A stretch of 64,000 nt of DNA from an uncultured delta proteobacterium (GTDB lineage Bacteria; Desulfobacterota; RBG-13-43-22): assembly GCA_963790475.1 (NCBI GenBank), contig CAWBOS010000010.1, positions 160,001 through 224,000 of the forward strand. The letters are read 5' to 3'. Each line of letters starts with the position of its first letter. Within the stretch, counting starts at the first letter, position 1. The notes below the pieces were generated by a model that worked only from the letters and a program-made list of their open reading frames with translations, was not told the origin of the DNA and searched no databases. Of this stretch, positions 1 through 9,893 are shown piece after piece. Made by a program: the position numbers and the translations under genes.

Positions 1-260
1 ATGATGACAAGATCTCCGACAGCCCCCTTCCGGGCTGCGGCACCGTTTAGACAAATCACGCCCGAGCCTCTGGGTCCTTCCAGGGCATAGGTGGAGAACC
101 GTTCTCCGTTGGCGATATTATAGACATGGATTTGTTCGTAGGAAATTATATCGGCGGCCTCCATCAGGTCCTGATCGATGGTCATACTCCCTTCATACTG
201 GAGATTGCTTTCGGTAATGGTCGCGCGGTGAATCTTCGATTTCATAAGGGTCCTGGTCAT
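1..260 (-). CDS. panD: aspartate 1-decarboxylase (partial, runs off window start)
   Basis: Minus-strand ATG at 260 reads [29 protein letters not shown] (PanD N-terminus with the G-S self-cleavage site); overlaps the panC stop (TAATG). Confidence 0.95.
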   Translation of the reverse strand, partial: MTRTLMKSKIHRATITESNLQYEGSMTIDQDLMEAADIISYEQIHVYNIANGERFSTYALEGPRGSGVICLNGAAARKGAVGDLVI

Positions 261-1111
261 TATCCGTTATCCTCCAATAAACAATTATCTATCAGGCGGG
301 TGGCACCAAGCCACACCGCCAAGGCTAATACTCCCTGATCCTTGACAACCGTCAGTTCTTCAAGGGTTCGGGGATGGCAGATCTTGGCGTACTCGATCCG
401 CGTTTCCGGATGCCGGCCGATCAGGCCCACCACCCGGTCCAACAAGACTTCTGTCTTTCGTTCTCCCTTTCGGAAAAGGGTTTGGGCCCCCATCAAAGCC
501 TGGGAAAGGGTTCGGGCCGAGACTCTCTCTTGTGGTGAAAGGTACCGGTTCCGGGAACTCATGGCTAAACCATCGGCTTCTCGAATCGTCGGTCGGCCGA
601 TGACTTCGACATCCATATTCAGGTCCGTAACCATTTGTTGAATGACGATTAGCTGTTGAAAATCTTTTTGGCCGAAAATGGCCAGATGAGGTTTGACGAT
701 ATGAAACAGCTTGCAGACCACAGTGGTGACTCCTCTGAAATGTCCGGGCCTGACAGCCCCGCATAAGTTTTGAGTCACCTGTTCGACAGTCACATAGGTT
801 TGGAAAAACTCCGGATAAAGGGCCTTGGGTTCGGGAGAAAAGATGACATCTACCCCTCTTTTTTCAGTCAGGCGGCCATCCTCCTGTAGATCCCTGGGGT
901 ATTTCTCAAAATCTTCTTTCGGCCCGAATTGGATAGGATTGACAAAAATACTGACCACCAGTAGATCGGCTTTTTCCCGGCCATAATCCATAAGAGACAA
1001 GTGCCCCTCGTGGAGGGCCCCCATGGTCGGCACCAGGGCAGTCTTCTTCCCTGATCGCCGGGTCTCTTCGGCCACGGCCTGCATTTCAGGGATATCTTTG
1101 ATAAGTTGCAT
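260..1111 (-). CDS. panC: pantoate--beta-alanine ligase
   Basis: [44 protein letters not shown] and RLIDN motifs. Confidence 0.97.
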   Translation of the reverse strand: MQLIKDIPEMQAVAEETRRSGKKTALVPTMGALHEGHLSLMDYGREKADLLVVSIFVNPIQFGPKEDFEKYPRDLQEDGRLTEKRGVDVIFSPEPKALYPEFFQTYVTVEQVTQNLCGAVRPGHFRGVTTVVCKLFHIVKPHLAIFGQKDFQQLIVIQQMVTDLNMDVEVIGRPTIREADGLAMSSRNRYLSPQERVSARTLSQALMGAQTLFRKGERKTEVLLDRVVGLIGRHPETRIEYAKICHPRTLEELTVVKDQGVLALAVWLGATRLIDNCLLEDNG

Positions 1112-1144
1112 AAAAAAAGCCCCTGGACTTCCTCCAGAGGCTTA
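1112..1144 (-). terminator. intrinsic terminator/attenuator hairpin directly before the panC start
   Basis: Minus strand AAGCCTCTGGA-GGAAG-TCCAGGGGCTT followed by a T-run and then ATG. Confidence 0.7.
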
Positions 1145-1149
1145 AACTG

Positions 1150-1205
1150 GTCTTTGTTGGAAGTCTCAGTCCAACCTTTGTCGGATCCAAGCTGCCTTAT
1201 CCTTG
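1150..1205 (-). ncRNA. pan RNA motif (cis-regulatory leader of pantothenate genes)
   Basis: Minus strand GCTTGGATCC...GGACTGAGAC forms a stem with a bulged A, upstream of panCD; matches my recollection of the pan motif. Confidence 0.65.
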
Positions 1206-1294
1206 TTTCGTTCAAACTTTTCTCTTTTTATCATCCCTTCCGGCTGTCGTCAAGGGATTTTTTGTTTTTTCATCGATTTTTTTTAAAAACCTTC

Positions 1295-1325
1295 TTGACA
1301 TTTCCATCCATCATGTTAAATATAG
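1295..1325 (+). promoter_or_regulatory. sigma70 promoter for the pyr operon
   Basis: TTGACA at 1295-1300 followed by an extended -10-like TGTTAAAT. Confidence 0.5.
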
Positions 1326-1394
1326 AAAATAACTTGAAGGCCTAAAGAATCAGGCTTTTTAGAACATAATTTTCTAAAATAATAAGGAGAGGTT

Positions 1395-1487
1395 ATGCCT
1401 TGGGTTCCATATCAGTGGTACTGCAAAACCCCCTCGGTGCTTAAAGCCGAGGGGGTTTTTTTTGCCCTTAAAAAGGAAGAACTATGA
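1395..1487 (+). CDS. putative pyr leader peptide (30 aa)
   Basis: AAGGAGAGG RBS; [30 protein letters not shown]; spans the terminator and overlaps the pyrB start (ATGA). Confidence 0.5.
   Translation: MPWVPYQWYCKTPSVLKAEGVFFALKKEEL
1425..1463 (+). terminator. attenuator terminator upstream of pyrB
   Basis: AAAACCCCCTCGG-loop-CCGAGGGGGTTTT followed by further Ts. Confidence 0.8.
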
Positions 1488-2422
1488 ACTTTTCCCGCCA
1501 TCACCTGTTGGGGATGAAGGGCCTGACCCAGGAAGAAATCGAAGCCATCCTGACCACAGCCGAATCCTTAAAAGAGATATCCTACCGGGACATTAAAAAA
1601 GTCCCCACCCTGCGGGGCAAAACCGTAGTTAATTTTTTTCATGAACCCAGCACCCGGACCCGGACCTCTTTTGAGATAGCCGCCAAACGACTCAGTGCCG
1701 ATACGGTAAGCCTCTCGGCCAATACCAGCTCATTGGTCAAGGGTGAGACCCTGGTGGATACGGCCCGTAATTTAGAGGCTATGAACCCCGATGTCATCGT
1801 TATCCGCCATTCCATGGCCGGGGCACCTCATTTACTTTCCCGGTCGATAAAATCGTCGGTTATTAATGCCGGGGACGGCATGCACGAACACCCCACGCAA
1901 GCCCTTCTGGACCTTCTGACCATTCGCGAAAAAAAAGGCCGTATCGAGGGATTACAGGTAGCCATTATCGGAGATATCGCCCACAGCCGGGTGGCCCGAT
2001 CCAATATCATCGGTCTTAAAACCATGGGGGCCCAGGTTATGGTGGCCGGTCCCCCAACAATGATCCCCCCTTTCATCGAGTCGCTGGGGGTCGGGGTTAC
2101 TTATCATCTCCAAGAGGCCGTGGCCTGGGCTGATGTGATCATGATGCTACGGGTCCAGATGGAAAGACAACAGCAGATGCTCTTTCCCTGTATTCGCGAA
2201 TACTCCCGCTTCTTCGGTTTAAGTCTGGAGATGATGACCAAGGCCAAACGGGATGTCATCATAATGCATCCCGGCCCCATCAACCGGGGGGTGGAAATCC
2301 ATCCTGAAGTGGCCGACGGACCTTATTCCGTGATCCTGGACCAGGTGACCAATGGGGTGGCCATCCGCATGGCCCTTCTCTATTTGCTTTTAGGAGGTAA
2401 ACGAAGTGAAATGGCTGATTAG
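1484..2422 (+). CDS. pyrB: aspartate carbamoyltransferase catalytic subunit
   Basis: [28 protein letters not shown] and MHPGPINRG motifs. Confidence 0.97.
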   Translation: MNFSRHHLLGMKGLTQEEIEAILTTAESLKEISYRDIKKVPTLRGKTVVNFFHEPSTRTRTSFEIAAKRLSADTVSLSANTSSLVKGETLVDTARNLEAMNPDVIVIRHSMAGAPHLLSRSIKSSVINAGDGMHEHPTQALLDLLTIREKKGRIEGLQVAIIGDIAHSRVARSNIIGLKTMGAQVMVAGPPTMIPPFIESLGVGVTYHLQEAVAWADVIMMLRVQMERQQQMLFPCIREYSRFFGLSLEMMTKAKRDVIIMHPGPINRGVEIHPEVADGPYSVILDQVTNGVAIRMALLYLLLGGKRSEMAD

Positions 2423-3719
2423 AGGGGGCCGGGTCATCGACTCACAAAACCAGGTGGACGACCTGATGGATATTTATATTCATCAGGGAAAGATTGTCGA
2501 TATGCTGCCCGTTCCCCTTAAGAGGACTTCAAAATCCTTTTCCGACTATCGGGTTATTCCGGCTGAAGGGATGATGGTTACCCCCGGATTGATCGACATG
2601 CATACCCATTTAAGGGAACCGGGTTTTGAATATAAAGAAACCATCCTGACCGGTACCCGGGCGGCAGTGGCCGGAGGGTTCGCGGCGGTGGCCTGTATGG
2701 CCAACACCGTTCCGGTCAACGACAACCAGTCGGTCACGGAGTATATCCTGAATAAGGCCAGAGAAGCCCGGCTGGCCCGGGTCTTTCCTGTTGGGGCCGT
2801 CAGTGCCGGGCTGAAAGGGGAGACTTTGGCCGAATACGGAGAACTGAAAATGGCCGGGGTTGTGGCCCTGTCGGATGACGGAAATCCGGTCATGAGCAGT
2901 CAGATGATGCGCCGGGCCATGGAATATGCCCAGGCCTTTGCCCTGCCCATTATCTCTCACTGCGAAGACCTGTCCTTAAGCCGGCCCGGGGTCATGAATG
3001 AAGGCCCCACTTCCACCCGGCTGGGACTTCACGGTATCCCATCCGTGGCCGAGGAGGTCATGGTCTACCGGGATATTCAGCTCTGTCAAATGACGGAAAC
3101 TCCTTTGCACATCGCCCATGTCAGTACGGCCGGATCGGTCCAGCTGATTCGCGAAGCCAAGAAAAAAGGGCTTCCCGTTTCGGCCGAAACCGCCCCCCAT
3201 TATTTTTCGCTGACCGAAGAGGCCGTTATCGGTTTTGATACTCTGGCCAAGATGAATCCCCCGTTAAGGACTAAGGATGACCTGCTGGCTATTCAAAGGG
3301 GGCTTAAAGACGGCACCATCGAGGTCATCGCCTCCGACCATGCCCCGCAAAGTCCTTTGGAAAAAGAAGTGGAATTTGACCTGGCGGCCATGGGGATCAT
3401 CGGTCTGGAAACCACCCTTCCCCTGACCCTCGACCTGGTTCACCGGGGGATATTAACCCTCCCTCAGGCCATTGGCAAGTTGACTCAGGGACCGGCGCGG
3501 ATTTTAAAATTGGATGGTTTTGGCCGGCTGGAGCGTTCCGGTCCGGCCCACCTGACCATTATCGACCCTGATCTGGTGTTTCAGGTGGATATCCGTTCCT
3601 TTATTTCCAAGAGTAAAAATTCCCCTTTCCATGGCTGGGAGTTGAAAGGCAAGGCCGTGCTGACCATGGTTGACGGCCGGATTGTTTTTAATCAAATGAC
3701 TCCGATCGCGGAACTATGA
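2406..3719 (+). CDS. pyrC: dihydroorotase
   Basis: [21 protein letters not shown] and SDHAP motifs; follows pyrB. Confidence 0.95.
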   Translation: MKWLIRGGRVIDSQNQVDDLMDIYIHQGKIVDMLPVPLKRTSKSFSDYRVIPAEGMMVTPGLIDMHTHLREPGFEYKETILTGTRAAVAGGFAAVACMANTVPVNDNQSVTEYILNKAREARLARVFPVGAVSAGLKGETLAEYGELKMAGVVALSDDGNPVMSSQMMRRAMEYAQAFALPIISHCEDLSLSRPGVMNEGPTSTRLGLHGIPSVAEEVMVYRDIQLCQMTETPLHIAHVSTAGSVQLIREAKKKGLPVSAETAPHYFSLTEEAVIGFDTLAKMNPPLRTKDDLLAIQRGLKDGTIEVIASDHAPQSPLEKEVEFDLAAMGIIGLETTLPLTLDLVHRGILTLPQAIGKLTQGPARILKLDGFGRLERSGPAHLTIIDPDLVFQVDIRSFISKSKNSPFHGWELKGKAVLTMVDGRIVFNQMTPIAEL

Positions 3720-5095
3720 CCCCATCTATCCTTATCGTTGATGACGAACAAAGCCTGCGGGAAATGCTGGAGATTCTCCTCTCCCGGGAAGGATATAACG
3801 TGGTCACGGCCGCCAGTGGCCCTGAGGCCCTGGAGTTGTTTCAAAAAAACCTTTTTCAGGTTGTGCTGACCGACATTCGCATGCGTCCCATGGACGGGCT
3901 TACCCTGTTGAAGGAAATCAAGGCCCTCCGCCCTCAAACAGAAGTCATCATGATGTCAGCCTATGCCGATCAGGAAACCGCTATTGAAGCCATGAACGAA
4001 GGGGCCTACGACTTCTTCCCCAAACCCTTTAACAATAAAGAATTGAAACAGGTCATTAAAGATACCCTGGCCAAGGCCGAAGGAGAACCCTCTCCCACGC
4101 TTGAAAAAGCCCCCTTTCTTTCCCCTGGTTCCAGACCGATTATAGGTGAAAGCCCGCAAATGAAAAAGGTTTTTGACCTGATCTTAAAGGCCGGTCAGGT
4201 GATCAGCAATGTATTGATTACCGGGGAGTCCGGCACAGGAAAAGAATTGGTGGCCCAAGCCATTCATGAAAACAGCCTTCGAAAAAATCAGCCCTTTGTA
4301 ACCATTTCCTGCGCCGGGCTGCCGGAAACCTTAATTGAAAGCGAACTGTTCGGTTATCGAAAGGGGGCCTTCACCGGGGCCGTAATGGACAAGGTCGGTT
4401 ATGTGGAAACGGCCAACAAAGGAACTCTTTTTCTGGATGAAATCGGTGAACTTTCTGCGAATATGCAGGTGAAACTGTTAAGGCTTATTCAGGAAAAAAA
4501 ATATGTTCCCATTGGAGAAACCAGAGAGCGATCGGTTGATGTCCGGTTTATCCTGGCCACCAATAAAGATTTGGAGCAGGAAATTATAGAAGGCCGCTTC
4601 CGCTATGATCTTTTTTATCGAATCAATGTCATTTCCATTCCTATTCCTCCCTTGCGGGAAAGGCCGGAGGATATCCCCTTGCTGGCCAACTTTTTTTTGG
4701 AAAAATATTCCAAGACCGTAGGGAAACAGATTCGAAAAATTTCTTCCTATGCCCTCAAAATTCTTTCCGAGTACCACTTCCCCGGAAACGTGCGGGAGTT
4801 GGAAAATATCATCGAACGGTCGGTGGCCATGGAGCGTTCGACCATTATCCTTCCTGAAAGCCTGGTCCTGGCCCAGTATAAGGGGCAGGTCTCCGCCGGA
4901 AAAGCCGCTTTCCCTATGAGCCTTCCGTCGGAAGGATTGGATCTGGATCAAACCTTGGACACCCTGGAGAAGACCCTGATCCTTCAGGCTCTGCAAAAGA
5001 CCCAGGGAAATAAACAACGAACCGCCGCTTTATTGAAGATCAACCTGCGATCTTTGCGGTATCGGCTGTTGAAGCATGGGATGGAGGCGGAATAA
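3716..5095 (+). CDS. sigma54-dependent response regulator (NtrC/PilR family)
   Basis: N-terminal receiver, GESGTGKE, ESELFG..KGAFTGA, PGNVREL and a C-terminal Fis-type HTH. Confidence 0.93.
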   Translation: MTPSILIVDDEQSLREMLEILLSREGYNVVTAASGPEALELFQKNLFQVVLTDIRMRPMDGLTLLKEIKALRPQTEVIMMSAYADQETAIEAMNEGAYDFFPKPFNNKELKQVIKDTLAKAEGEPSPTLEKAPFLSPGSRPIIGESPQMKKVFDLILKAGQVISNVLITGESGTGKELVAQAIHENSLRKNQPFVTISCAGLPETLIESELFGYRKGAFTGAVMDKVGYVETANKGTLFLDEIGELSANMQVKLLRLIQEKKYVPIGETRERSVDVRFILATNKDLEQEIIEGRFRYDLFYRINVISIPIPPLRERPEDIPLLANFFLEKYSKTVGKQIRKISSYALKILSEYHFPGNVRELENIIERSVAMERSTIILPESLVLAQYKGQVSAGKAAFPMSLPSEGLDLDQTLDTLEKTLILQALQKTQGNKQRTAALLKINLRSLRYRLLKHGMEAE

Positions 5096-5100
5096 AAAGA

Positions 5101-5290
5101 GGTTCAAGGTTCAAGGTTTAAAGGTTGCTGGTTTGTTGGGAAATCCAGCAAGAAAGACATTCTGAACTTTTAAAAATGTTTACTGTTGAATACCTTCTCC
5201 CTTTTTGCTATCAAAGGCTTATTGCTCTCAACGACGGTCCTAATAAATAAAAGGCAGTTCCCCCAAGCCTTGAACTTTGAACGTTGAACA
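5101..5290. repeat. inverted pair of short heptamer tandem repeats
   Basis: GGTTCAAGGTTCAAGGTTT at 5101 and CCTTGAACTTTGAACGTTGAAC at ~5268; a similar pair lies at ~27965-28078. Confidence 0.45.
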
Positions 5291-5312
5291 TTAAGCTGTT
5301 TTCCTTTAACTC

Positions 5313-5879
5313 TTGATGAAAAAAAAACAAAGCACCATCTTAATCATTATCATGGTAGCCCTGGCCTTCGGGGCCGGTTTGTTGTGGCGGTGGGTCCAGG
5401 GGACCCCTTATTATGCCCTGTATCAAATCGGGGCCGGGTTGAAAAACAGGGACCTGAATACATTCCTGACCTATGTCGACGTGGAATCGATCCTGAATCA
5501 GCAGGCCTCAGAATCGATTTCCAGCTTACTGACTTCTCTGACGGCCTCCGGTCCCGTAGGCAAAATCGCCGGTCCCCTGGGGGAAATCAAAATCAAAATA
5601 TCTCCGGAAGCCAATAAAGGCCTGAGCAACCTGGCCATCCGGCAACTCCAAACTTATCTCGAAAATCCGAAAAATCCTACCTTGCCCTCATCCTTCCTGC
5701 TCCTTACCCTGGCGCAGTTTAATGTAAAACAGGATTATACCCTGGTGACATTGAAAAAGGACAAGGATCAGTTGAGGATGGGAATGCAAAAGCAGGAGGG
5801 CATTTGGAGGGTGAAGGAACTTAATCCGGAGGACACCCAAAGACTCATCAAGACCTATCTTCTACCTTCTCAGAATTAG
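5313..5879 (+). CDS. hypothetical exported/membrane-anchored protein (DUF2939-like)
   Basis: N-terminal TM helix followed by TPYYAL...D..F..YVD pattern. Confidence 0.65.
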   Translation: MMKKKQSTILIIIMVALAFGAGLLWRWVQGTPYYALYQIGAGLKNRDLNTFLTYVDVESILNQQASESISSLLTSLTASGPVGKIAGPLGEIKIKISPEANKGLSNLAIRQLQTYLENPKNPTLPSSFLLLTLAQFNVKQDYTLVTLKKDKDQLRMGMQKQEGIWRVKELNPEDTQRLIKTYLLPSQN

Positions 5880-5966
5880 ACCTAACTCCATTTTAGAAAT
5901 CGATCGACAGAGGTTAATTTGACCGAGTTGGCCCAACATCGAAGGGGGCTGTTGGTGCGTTCCGAT

Positions 5967-7310
5967 CTACCCGGAGGCAGGGATCTCAACGGGGAGCCAG
6001 GTTTTTTTAGTATACCGGTGGTAGAGGAGCCCGCATTGAACAAACTGGGAGATATTCATGCACCACCAAACCGAAACTGCCCCAAAACCGAAGACGACGA
6101 CAAACAGGTATACCAGCGGTAAGCGGATAAGCCAGACGCTCAGGGCGACACGGATCATGACGCTCCGGGTGTCACCGGCACCGCTAATCCCGCCTCCAAG
6201 GATAATGCCCAAGGCCATAAAGGGCTCACTGATCATGGAAATGTAGATATAGCGCACACTCTCACGAACGACAAGGGGGTTATTGGAGAGTGACGAGGCG
6301 ATCCACCGGGCATTGACAATGACCAATAAGACCATGAAGGTGACCACAGCGACTCCGATCAAGGCCGTTATCATTCCGCTTCGATAAGCCTCTTCCTGCT
6401 CCTTCCCGCCCAGCAGGTTTCCTACGATTACGGCGTTGGCCATATTGAAGGCGAAGGCCGGCAGATAGATGACCGATTCGATCCGAAGACCGGCGGTCAG
6501 GGCCGCCAGGATCTCAACCCTGTTTTCCGGTAACTCGCTGATGATCAGGAAAAGGATTATGCTTCCGGCCTGCCACAGGATCTGGACAGCGGCCATGGGC
6601 CATCCGATAACGGCCACTTTCTTGATCAAAGCTTTGGAAAAGGTCAGAGACTTGATCATTAATTTTTTTACACGGGACAGATTGATTAAAAAACCCACGA
6701 AGGAGGCCGTGGCCGTAGCCAGGGCAATTCCCTTGAAACCCAATGGGGTGGCGAAAACATAAAAGAAATTGAGCCCGACATTGAGAACGCAAACGACGGC
6801 CATGGTTTTTAAAGAGGCCCGGATCAGGTTGCAGGATCTCAGGATCCCGTTGCTGTTGATGACGATATATTGAAATAAAAGACCCCCTGAATAAATCTGA
6901 ATCAAGGGGATGGTAAAGGGCTTGACCTGGGCCGGGATGTTAAGGAAATTGATCAATAGCGGGGTGAAGACGATGCCGATAAAGGCGAAAATGATCCCTG
7001 CCCCCGCCGTTGCCGAAAGAGAGGAGAAGATGGCGGCGGTCAGTTGATCATTATCCTCGGAAGTGAAAAGCTGAGAGACCACCGACACCGTTCCCACCGT
7101 AAGGGCATTGGCCACTACGATGAAGATAAAATAAAACTGGATGACGAAGCCATAGGCCGCCTGAATGTCTTTTCCCAGCCGGCCGGCGACAAAGACATCG
7201 GTAAGACCGATGATGGCTTCAAAAACCATGATAAGGGTCATCGGCCAGGCCAGTTTCCAGCTTCGTGCGGCAAAACATTTTATATTATCGCTGTTACACT
7301 TTTCCAGCAT
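5967..7310 (-). CDS. MATE family efflux transporter
   Basis: 447 aa with about 12 TM; LAWPM..., D.FVAGRLG and GAGDTR motifs. Confidence 0.9.
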   Translation of the reverse strand: MLEKCNSDNIKCFAARSWKLAWPMTLIMVFEAIIGLTDVFVAGRLGKDIQAAYGFVIQFYFIFIVVANALTVGTVSVVSQLFTSEDNDQLTAAIFSSLSATAGAGIIFAFIGIVFTPLLINFLNIPAQVKPFTIPLIQIYSGGLLFQYIVINSNGILRSCNLIRASLKTMAVVCVLNVGLNFFYVFATPLGFKGIALATATASFVGFLINLSRVKKLMIKSLTFSKALIKKVAVIGWPMAAVQILWQAGSIILFLIISELPENRVEILAALTAGLRIESVIYLPAFAFNMANAVIVGNLLGGKEQEEAYRSGMITALIGVAVVTFMVLLVIVNARWIASSLSNNPLVVRESVRYIYISMISEPFMALGIILGGGISGAGDTRSVMIRVALSVWLIRLPLVYLFVVVFGFGAVSVWWCMNISQFVQCGLLYHRYTKKTWLPVEIPASG

Positions 7311-7344
7311 GTCCGGTTCCTTCCACCCTTTTCCTGCTTCTTGT

Positions 7345-7746
7345 TTATTTTTTGAAGATATAAAAAGTCCCGGTGGCCGTGGCGACCAGCTGGGCCTCCT
7401 GGTCTTTGACGCTCGATTCCAAAAAGGCGATATTCTTTCTTTTGTAGATCACCCTGGTGTCGCAAACCAGTCTGCCTGAACGCACGGATTTCAAATAATT
7501 GATTTTGATTTCAATGGTCGAACAGCGCTCATCTTCCTCCAGTAAGGTGGAAAGCGCCCCGCCCATTCCGGTGTCGGCCATGGAGTAGACCACCCCGCCG
7601 TGCAGCGTATCATAAGGATTTAAAAGTGAGCCGGTTATTTTAAGCTCCCCGCGACAGAAGCCTTTTTCCATTTTGATGAATTTAAGCCCGATTAATTCTA
7701 AGAAGCGCTTGGCCGGTTTTGAAGTTCTTGGGATTTTTTCTGGCAT
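7345..7746 (-). CDS. PaaI family thioesterase
   Basis: NPYDTLHGGVVYSMADTGMG and TIEIKINYL hotdog-fold motifs. Confidence 0.9.
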   Translation of the reverse strand: MPEKIPRTSKPAKRFLELIGLKFIKMEKGFCRGELKITGSLLNPYDTLHGGVVYSMADTGMGGALSTLLEEDERCSTIEIKINYLKSVRSGRLVCDTRVIYKRKNIAFLESSVKDQEAQLVATATGTFYIFKK

Positions 7747-7927
7747 GCTGTCAACCTTCCTCTTCTGGGGGCTTCGTCAAAAGAAAATCTTAATTTCATT
7801 ATTCTATTTAATTTTTCTGAAAAAACAAGAAATTCTCTCCACACTCTTCAATTCCAGAATTGAGCAACCCGCCAAGATTACAAAACGAAAAGTCAGGTTT
7901 TTTTACAACCGGATAAGTATCCCATCC

Positions 7928-8070
7928 GAGACCTTTGAAAAATGTTCAGTTTTGTTCAAGGTAAAGGAAGAGGAAAATTATAACCACAGGAATACATTTT
8001 AGTATTTTGAGGATTAAACTTTGAGTTTGACCCAGAGATTGAGCAAAAGGGGGCGTTTTTCAAAGGTCTC
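7928..8070. mobile_element. 143-bp MITE with 15-bp TIR and 5-bp TSD
   Basis: GAGACCTTTGAAAAA...TTTTTCAAAGGTCTC flanked on both sides by CATCC (7923-7927, 8071-8075). Confidence 0.85.
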
Positions 8071-8235
8071 CATCCGACCATTAAATTCCCGTCATTGGTT
8101 AGCACAAAATACACGCTTTCTTCCCGGAAAATATGGTCTTCACTGTATTTACTTCTCAGGTCGCCTTAGATAGTCTAAAAAAATACTAAACAGGATCGCC
8201 GGAGGCGGTCCGTTAATCTGAAAGGAGAAACGACA

Positions 8236-8523
8236 ATGGCATATGGAATCGTGCATTATTTTCAGGGGGGTACGAAAGAGCAGTACGAGGCGTCAATAGC
8301 GGCGGTGCATCCTAGCAGAGACATCCTGCCGAAGGGCCAGATCTTCCACGCGGCCGGCCCTTCGGCTGGCGGCTGGACGATCATTGCGGTCCACGACTCC
8401 AGGGGGAGCTGGGAGCAGTTCCGGGACGGCATCCTGATGCCTCAAATGCAAAAAGGCATCGAAGGCGGTTTCACCACGCCACCGCAGGAAACGGCCTTCG
8501 AGGTCTACCACCTGAAACCGTAA
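8236..8523 (+). CDS. conserved-type hypothetical protein
   Basis: AAGGAG RBS; 95 aa with coding-like composition. Confidence 0.75.
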   Translation: MAYGIVHYFQGGTKEQYEASIAAVHPSRDILPKGQIFHAAGPSAGGWTIIAVHDSRGSWEQFRDGILMPQMQKGIEGGFTTPPQETAFEVYHLKP

Positions 8524-8637
8524 CCGGCTGTTCATGATCGTTCATATTTCCTCGGATGCTCATATAACATTCGTAAACCATGGACACCGTGAATCGATAT
8601 TGCGGCTGATTTTGACATTAGAGGCCCGGAGTGAACG

Positions 8638-9108
8638 ATGAAACGGACTAAGACATTCTCTTGGAAGGGTCTGGTCTTGGCTCCTTTGCCCGTCCCTCTT
8701 ATCTTCAGCGCCCTGTTCGAGATTTCGATTCCAGACAGAAGTCCGATTCTGTCATTCTTGTTCTTTTTCGCCATGAGCAGTGTTCTGTCCTATGGCACGA
8801 TATTCTTCCTTTTGCCCTGCCTGTCCCTGGTTTCCAGATTCACCCCGCCGACGGCTCTCCTGACCTGCCACCTGGGAACGGTGCTGGGGGGCGTAGTGTA
8901 CCTCCCCATCATCTGGCAGTCGTACCTCGCCGGTGGGGACAATTCGGGACCGCCGCCAAACTCCTTTGGAGAATATCTCCGGCAACACTTGTTTGAGGGG
9001 GCGATCTACGGCTTTATTGTGGCCGGGCTTATAACGGCGATGCTGTATTGGTTTCTCCTCAATCAACCCTCTCGGAGAAAAGATCAGCCACAGTATGAAG
9101 ATGTTTGA
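8638..9108 (+). CDS. hypothetical membrane protein
   Basis: About four hydrophobic segments. Confidence 0.6.
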   Translation: MKRTKTFSWKGLVLAPLPVPLIFSALFEISIPDRSPILSFLFFFAMSSVLSYGTIFFLLPCLSLVSRFTPPTALLTCHLGTVLGGVVYLPIIWQSYLAGGDNSGPPPNSFGEYLRQHLFEGAIYGFIVAGLITAMLYWFLLNQPSRRKDQPQYEDV

Positions 9109-9222
9109 CAGGCCCAGAAGGATGAATTAATAAGTTAATTAAGGGCGTCTCGCTCCAATTAAAGACGATTAGATAAAAAGGTTTGAAAACACCGCAGGGG
9201 TGAAATAGTGGGGGTGATAAAA

Positions 9223-9336
9223 TTGGAAAAGGAAAGTCTGTCGAGAAAGATTAACTTTTTGAGACCCCTCTGGTGGCTTATTCACCTGGTCGGGATCTCA
9301 ACAATTTACACCATTGGGCACTTATTGTGGAGGTAA
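9223..9336 (+). CDS. membrane microprotein A (37 aa)
   Basis: TTG start after GGGGTGA; MEKESLSRKINFLRPLWWLIHLVGISTIYTIGHLLWR; paralogous to the next ORF. Confidence 0.7.
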   Translation: MEKESLSRKINFLRPLWWLIHLVGISTIYTIGHLLWR

Positions 9337-9337
9337 T

Positions 9338-9439
9338 ATGATTCAGCATTTCATGTTATTCAAACCGGGATGGTGGATTCTCCATATAGTCGCAGTTGGT
9401 TTTACTCTCTATCTCGGACATATGGTCAAATTTTTTTAG
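9338..9439 (+). CDS. membrane microprotein B (33 aa)
   Basis: GGAGGT RBS; MIQHFMLFKPGWWILHIVAVGFTLYLGHMVKFF. Confidence 0.75.
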   Translation: MIQHFMLFKPGWWILHIVAVGFTLYLGHMVKFF

Positions 9440-9452
9440 GGGGGTGGAGGAT

Positions 9453-9857
9453 ATGACCAGAAGAGCACTGCTTTTCGCCCTTTTCCTGCTGGCCCTGGGG
9501 GGATTCCTGCTTCACTACCGGATCCACCCTTTCTGGGTGGCCGATAAACTGGACCCCGGTACGTTTCACTTCAAGGGGACCTTTTTTCTGGCCAACCTGT
9601 TCCCTTTGATTGATGTGGTGTTGGTAACGATTCTTTTCCTGTCCAGAAAAACGGCCCTGTACGGGTATCTGCTCAACGGTCTCCTGGTTATCTATGGGAC
9701 CATTTTCATGGCCCATTTCTCCATGGCCAGTTTTATGGCTCAGTCGATTCCTCCAAGCCAATGGATCATGAAATCCCTGCTGCCTGATATCGGTATAGCT
9801 TGGGCCGATTTTTTTGTGGGCAAAGCCCTCTATGATTTCTATTTGGGTAGGAAATAA
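9453..9857 (+). CDS. His-containing membrane protein (about 4 TM)
   Basis: GGAGG RBS before ATG 9453; LLHYRIH and MAH in TM segments. Confidence 0.75.
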   Translation: MTRRALLFALFLLALGGFLLHYRIHPFWVADKLDPGTFHFKGTFFLANLFPLIDVVLVTILFLSRKTALYGYLLNGLLVIYGTIFMAHFSMASFMAQSIPPSQWIMKSLLPDIGIAWADFFVGKALYDFYLGRK

Positions 9858-9893
9858 AGCAGGACCAACGCTGCCGCGAGAGTTGAGGCATTC

